This document shows positions 61,429-64,000 of a stretch of 64,000 nucleotides of DNA, in pieces. The translations under genes and the position numbers were made by a program. Within the stretch, counting starts at the first letter, position 1. Every line of letters begins with the position of its first letter. This DNA comes from Dehalococcoidia bacterium (lineage in GTDB: Bacteria; Chloroflexota; Dehalococcoidia; Lucifugimonadales; QGNO01): NCBI GenBank assembly GCA_965220545.1, contig CBDCQF010000006.1, positions 5,408-69,407 of the forward strand, in the 5' to 3' direction. The notes below the pieces were generated by a model that had not been told where the DNA came from, made no database searches, and worked only from the letters and a program-made list of their open reading frames with translations.

Positions 61429-62661
61429 CTAGCGGCTGTTGAAATACCTGAGGGCGTCTCTCAACGCTTGGATCAGGAAGTCCACTTCCTCGTTGGTGTT
61501 GTACACGTAGAAGCTGGCGCGCCCCGATGCGGCAAGTCCAAGCTTGCGGTGCATCGGCATCACGCAGTGGTGACCGGTTCGGATGGCTATGCCCCTCTGG
61601 TCAAGGAAAGTGCCAAGGTCGTGGGGGTGAACGTGGGGGTTGTTGAAGGTGACCAGGCCGCCGCGTATGGCGGGGTCTCTGGGGCCCAGAATATCCAGGT
61701 CCTCTTCCAGCGCCTTGAACTCGCTCAGGGCGTAGGAGGTTATCTCCACTTCATGCTTGCGTACGTTCTCCATCCCCAGCGCCTGTAGATAATCTATGGC
61801 TGCGCCGAGTGCCACGGCGTCGGCGAAGTTGGGCGTGCCCGCTTCGAAGCGGTTGGGAAGGTCGTTCCAGGTAGCGTGGTCGTACCAGACCTCGCGCACC
61901 ATTTCGCCGCCGCGAAGGAAGGGGTCCATGCCTTCCAGTACGGAAGGTTTGACGTAGAGGACGCCGATGCCGGGAGGGGCCATCATCTTGTGCCCCGAAA
62001 AGGCCAGGAAATCGCAGTCGATGCTGGCGACGTCCACCGGCATGTGGGGCACGCTTTGGGCCGCGTCGATAAGAATAGCCGCGCCTACTGCGTGGGCGCG
62101 CCGGGCCAGGTCTGCGACGGGGTTGGCCGCGCCTAAGAAGTTGGATACGTGCACCGCGGCCACCAGCTTGGTGCGAGGGTTGATCAGATCGTCTAGGGAT
62201 GTCGTATCCAGGGTTCCATCCTCTGCTACTGGTATGTGACGCAGCGTTGCGCCAGTCATTGCGGCGACCTTTTGCCAGGGCACCAGGTTGCTGTGGTGCT
62301 CCATCTCAGTGGTGACTATTTCGTCTCCGGGGCCTATGTTCTGCATGGCCCATGTGTTCGCCGCCAGGTTGATAGCCTCAGTGGTGTTGCGCACGAAGAT
62401 GATGCTTTCCACGGCGGGAGCATTGATGAAATCGGCAACTTTCTGGCGTGCGGCTTCGTAGTGGTCGGTCGCCTCCATGCTCAGGGTGTGGACTCCCCGG
62501 TGCACGTTGGAGTTGAAGCTCTGGTAGACCTCTACCAGGGCATCGATAACCTGCCGCGGCTTCTGTGAAGTGGCGGCATTGTCCAGGTAGACCAGCGGCA
62601 CGCCGTTGACGCTCCTGGAGAGGATGGGAAAGTCCTTGCGTATGTCTCTAGCGTTGAACAT
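61429..62661 (-). CDS. sufS: Cysteine desulfurase
   Basis: YLDNAATSQKP, EHHSNLVPW, FSGHKM, RTGHHC. Confidence 0.96.
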   Translation of the reverse strand: MFNARDIRKDFPILSRSVNGVPLVYLDNAATSQKPRQVIDALVEVYQSFNSNVHRGVHTLSMEATDHYEAARQKVADFINAPAVESIIFVRNTTEAINLAANTWAMQNIGPGDEIVTTEMEHHSNLVPWQKVAAMTGATLRHIPVAEDGTLDTTSLDDLINPRTKLVAAVHVSNFLGAANPVADLARRAHAVGAAILIDAAQSVPHMPVDVASIDCDFLAFSGHKMMAPPGIGVLYVKPSVLEGMDPFLRGGEMVREVWYDHATWNDLPNRFEAGTPNFADAVALGAAIDYLQALGMENVRKHEVEITSYALSEFKALEEDLDILGPRDPAIRGGLVTFNNPHVHPHDLGTFLDQRGIAIRTGHHCVMPMHRKLGLAASGRASFYVYNTNEEVDFLIQALRDALRYFNSR

Positions 62662-62668
62662 TTTGCTT

Positions 62669-63118
62669 TCAGCGGGCGGCGCTTTCCGCTATGGCGTCTT
62701 GCAGCGCGCTCCAGGTCAGAAGTGCGCATTTGATGCGTATGGGGAACTCTCGTACCCCCCGCAGTACGGCCAGCTCTCCTAAAGACTCCTCTTGCTCGGG
62801 GGTTAGCTCTTTGCCCTGCATCATCTCTTTGAAAACCGCCACCATTTCACTGGCATTCGCGACAGTGCCTCCCTTGATTGCCTCTGTCATCATAGAAGCG
62901 GACGACTGGCTGATGGCGCACCCTTCACCGCTGAAGCCCACCTCTGAGACCAGGCCGTCTCCGTCCAGCTTTGCCGTGAGCGCCACTCTGTCCCCACAGA
63001 AAGGGTTGAACCCTTCCGCTTTGAGATCGGGTTCTTCCAGGAGGTGATGATTTCGCGGGTTCTTGTAGTGGTCCAGGACTATTTCTTGGTATAAGGAGTC
63101 CAATCCTTCCATTTGCAT
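62669..63118 (-). CDS. sufU: SUF system scaffold / sulfur-transfer protein
   Basis: LDHYKNPRN, NPFCGD, GCAISQSSAS, RIKCALL. Confidence 0.95.
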   Translation of the reverse strand: MQMEGLDSLYQEIVLDHYKNPRNHHLLEEPDLKAEGFNPFCGDRVALTAKLDGDGLVSEVGFSGEGCAISQSSASMMTEAIKGGTVANASEMVAVFKEMMQGKELTPEQEESLGELAVLRGVREFPIRIKCALLTWSALQDAIAESAAR

Positions 63119-63149
63119 ATTATCTTATCGTTCAGTTGGCTCTCCCGGG

Positions 63150-64000
63150 TTACTTCGCCGGGGATGATTCCATGAGCCACTCCTCCAGTTTGGAGTGGAC
63201 AAGACCGCTGACGTGTTCGCGTAGCTGGTCTTGATTGATGCTGTCTATGACCTCGCCCACGAAGCCGTGTATGACGAAATTGCGGGCGGTGATCTCGTCC
63301 ATGCCGCGAGAGCGCAGGTAGAACATCGCCTCGTCGTCAATCTGGCCGCAAGCTGCGCCGTGGCCGCACCTTACGTCGTCCGTGTACACCCAGAACGCGG
63401 GCTTGGTATACGCTTCCGCTTCTTTGGAGAGCAGGAGGTTCTTGTCCACTTGGTATGCGTTGACGCCCTTGGCGTCTTCACGGACTATTATGCTGCCGTG
63501 GAACACGGAGCGGGACTTGCCGTCCAGTATCCCCTTGTACAGCTCGTTGGCCGTGGTGTCGCCCTTGATGTGCTCTATGATTACCTGGTTGTCCACGTGC
63601 TGCGTTCCTGTCGCCATGTAAAGCCCGTTGAGCAAGGTGGAAGCGCCTTCTTCCGTCATGCGGGCGTTGAGGTTGTTCCTCACCAGGCCTCCACCCAGGT
63701 CTACGTTGACCGATGAGAAGTAGCTGTCCCTGGCCAGAACCGCTTCCGTATTGGTTACGTGGTACGCCTTCTCGGAGTGGCGCTGCATCTTGTAGTACCT
63801 CAGGGAAGCGCCTGCGCCAACCACGATCTCCGTGACCGCGTTGGATAGATAGACGCCGTTTGAAAGCCCCACGTGGCTCTCTATTATGCTGGCCGAAGCG
63901 TCCCGGCCTGTGAGAATAAGAGCGCGAGGATAGACGTCTATCTCTTCATCGTGGCTGGTGGTGATGAACAGGAGGTGAATAGGCTCGTCTAGAATGGCGC
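63150..64000 (-). CDS. sufD: Fe-S assembly protein SufD (5' part lies beyond the window)
   Basis: LYKGILDGKSRSVFHG, DDVRCGHGA, FYLRSRG; frame stays open to the window edge. Confidence 0.9.
   Translation of the reverse strand, partial: AILDEPIHLLFITTSHDEEIDVYPRALILTGRDASASIIESHVGLSNGVYLSNAVTEIVVGAGASLRYYKMQRHSEKAYHVTNTEAVLARDSYFSSVNVDLGGGLVRNNLNARMTEEGASTLLNGLYMATGTQHVDNQVIIEHIKGDTTANELYKGILDGKSRSVFHGSIIVREDAKGVNAYQVDKNLLLSKEAEAYTKPAFWVYTDDVRCGHGAACGQIDDEAMFYLRSRGMDEITARNFVIHGFVGEVIDSINQDQLREHVSGLVHSKLEEWLMESSPAK

Overview
A GC-rich bacterial chromosomal segment. Gene content and order (rplU-rpmA-rpmE-DUF1385, cbpA-hspR-clp, Pro/Thr-linker lipoproteins, GYD and MaoC-type proteins, split MetE) suggest Chloroflexota, probably Dehalococcoidia/SAR202-like; the plant-type LRR lipoprotein hints at a host-associated lifestyle such as a sponge symbiont (both are inferences). 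Housekeeping genes include acsA, gyrA, hisH/A/F/IE, lysA, proBA, queG and sufDUS, plus three ABC systems. Accessory inserts are: an AT-richer two-gene cassette whose second protein carries a phage prohead-protease-like Zn-knuckle segment and SEC-C; a DNA methyltransferase-HNH fusion behind a highly structured leader; a modular LRR lipoprotein with identical DNA frameworks but variable binding-face codons; and two toxin-antitoxin pairs. At 45.9-59.6 kb, a GYD-like/DUF1028/GYD-like operon diverges from a roughly 235-nt structured non-coding element, followed by two signal-less VPS10/BNR-repeat giant proteins, a peptide ABC importer and a GatC-like/amidase pair. No tRNA, rRNA, CRISPR array, transposase, integrase or reverse transcriptase was recognised. 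All calls are by eye; no searches or folding programs were run.
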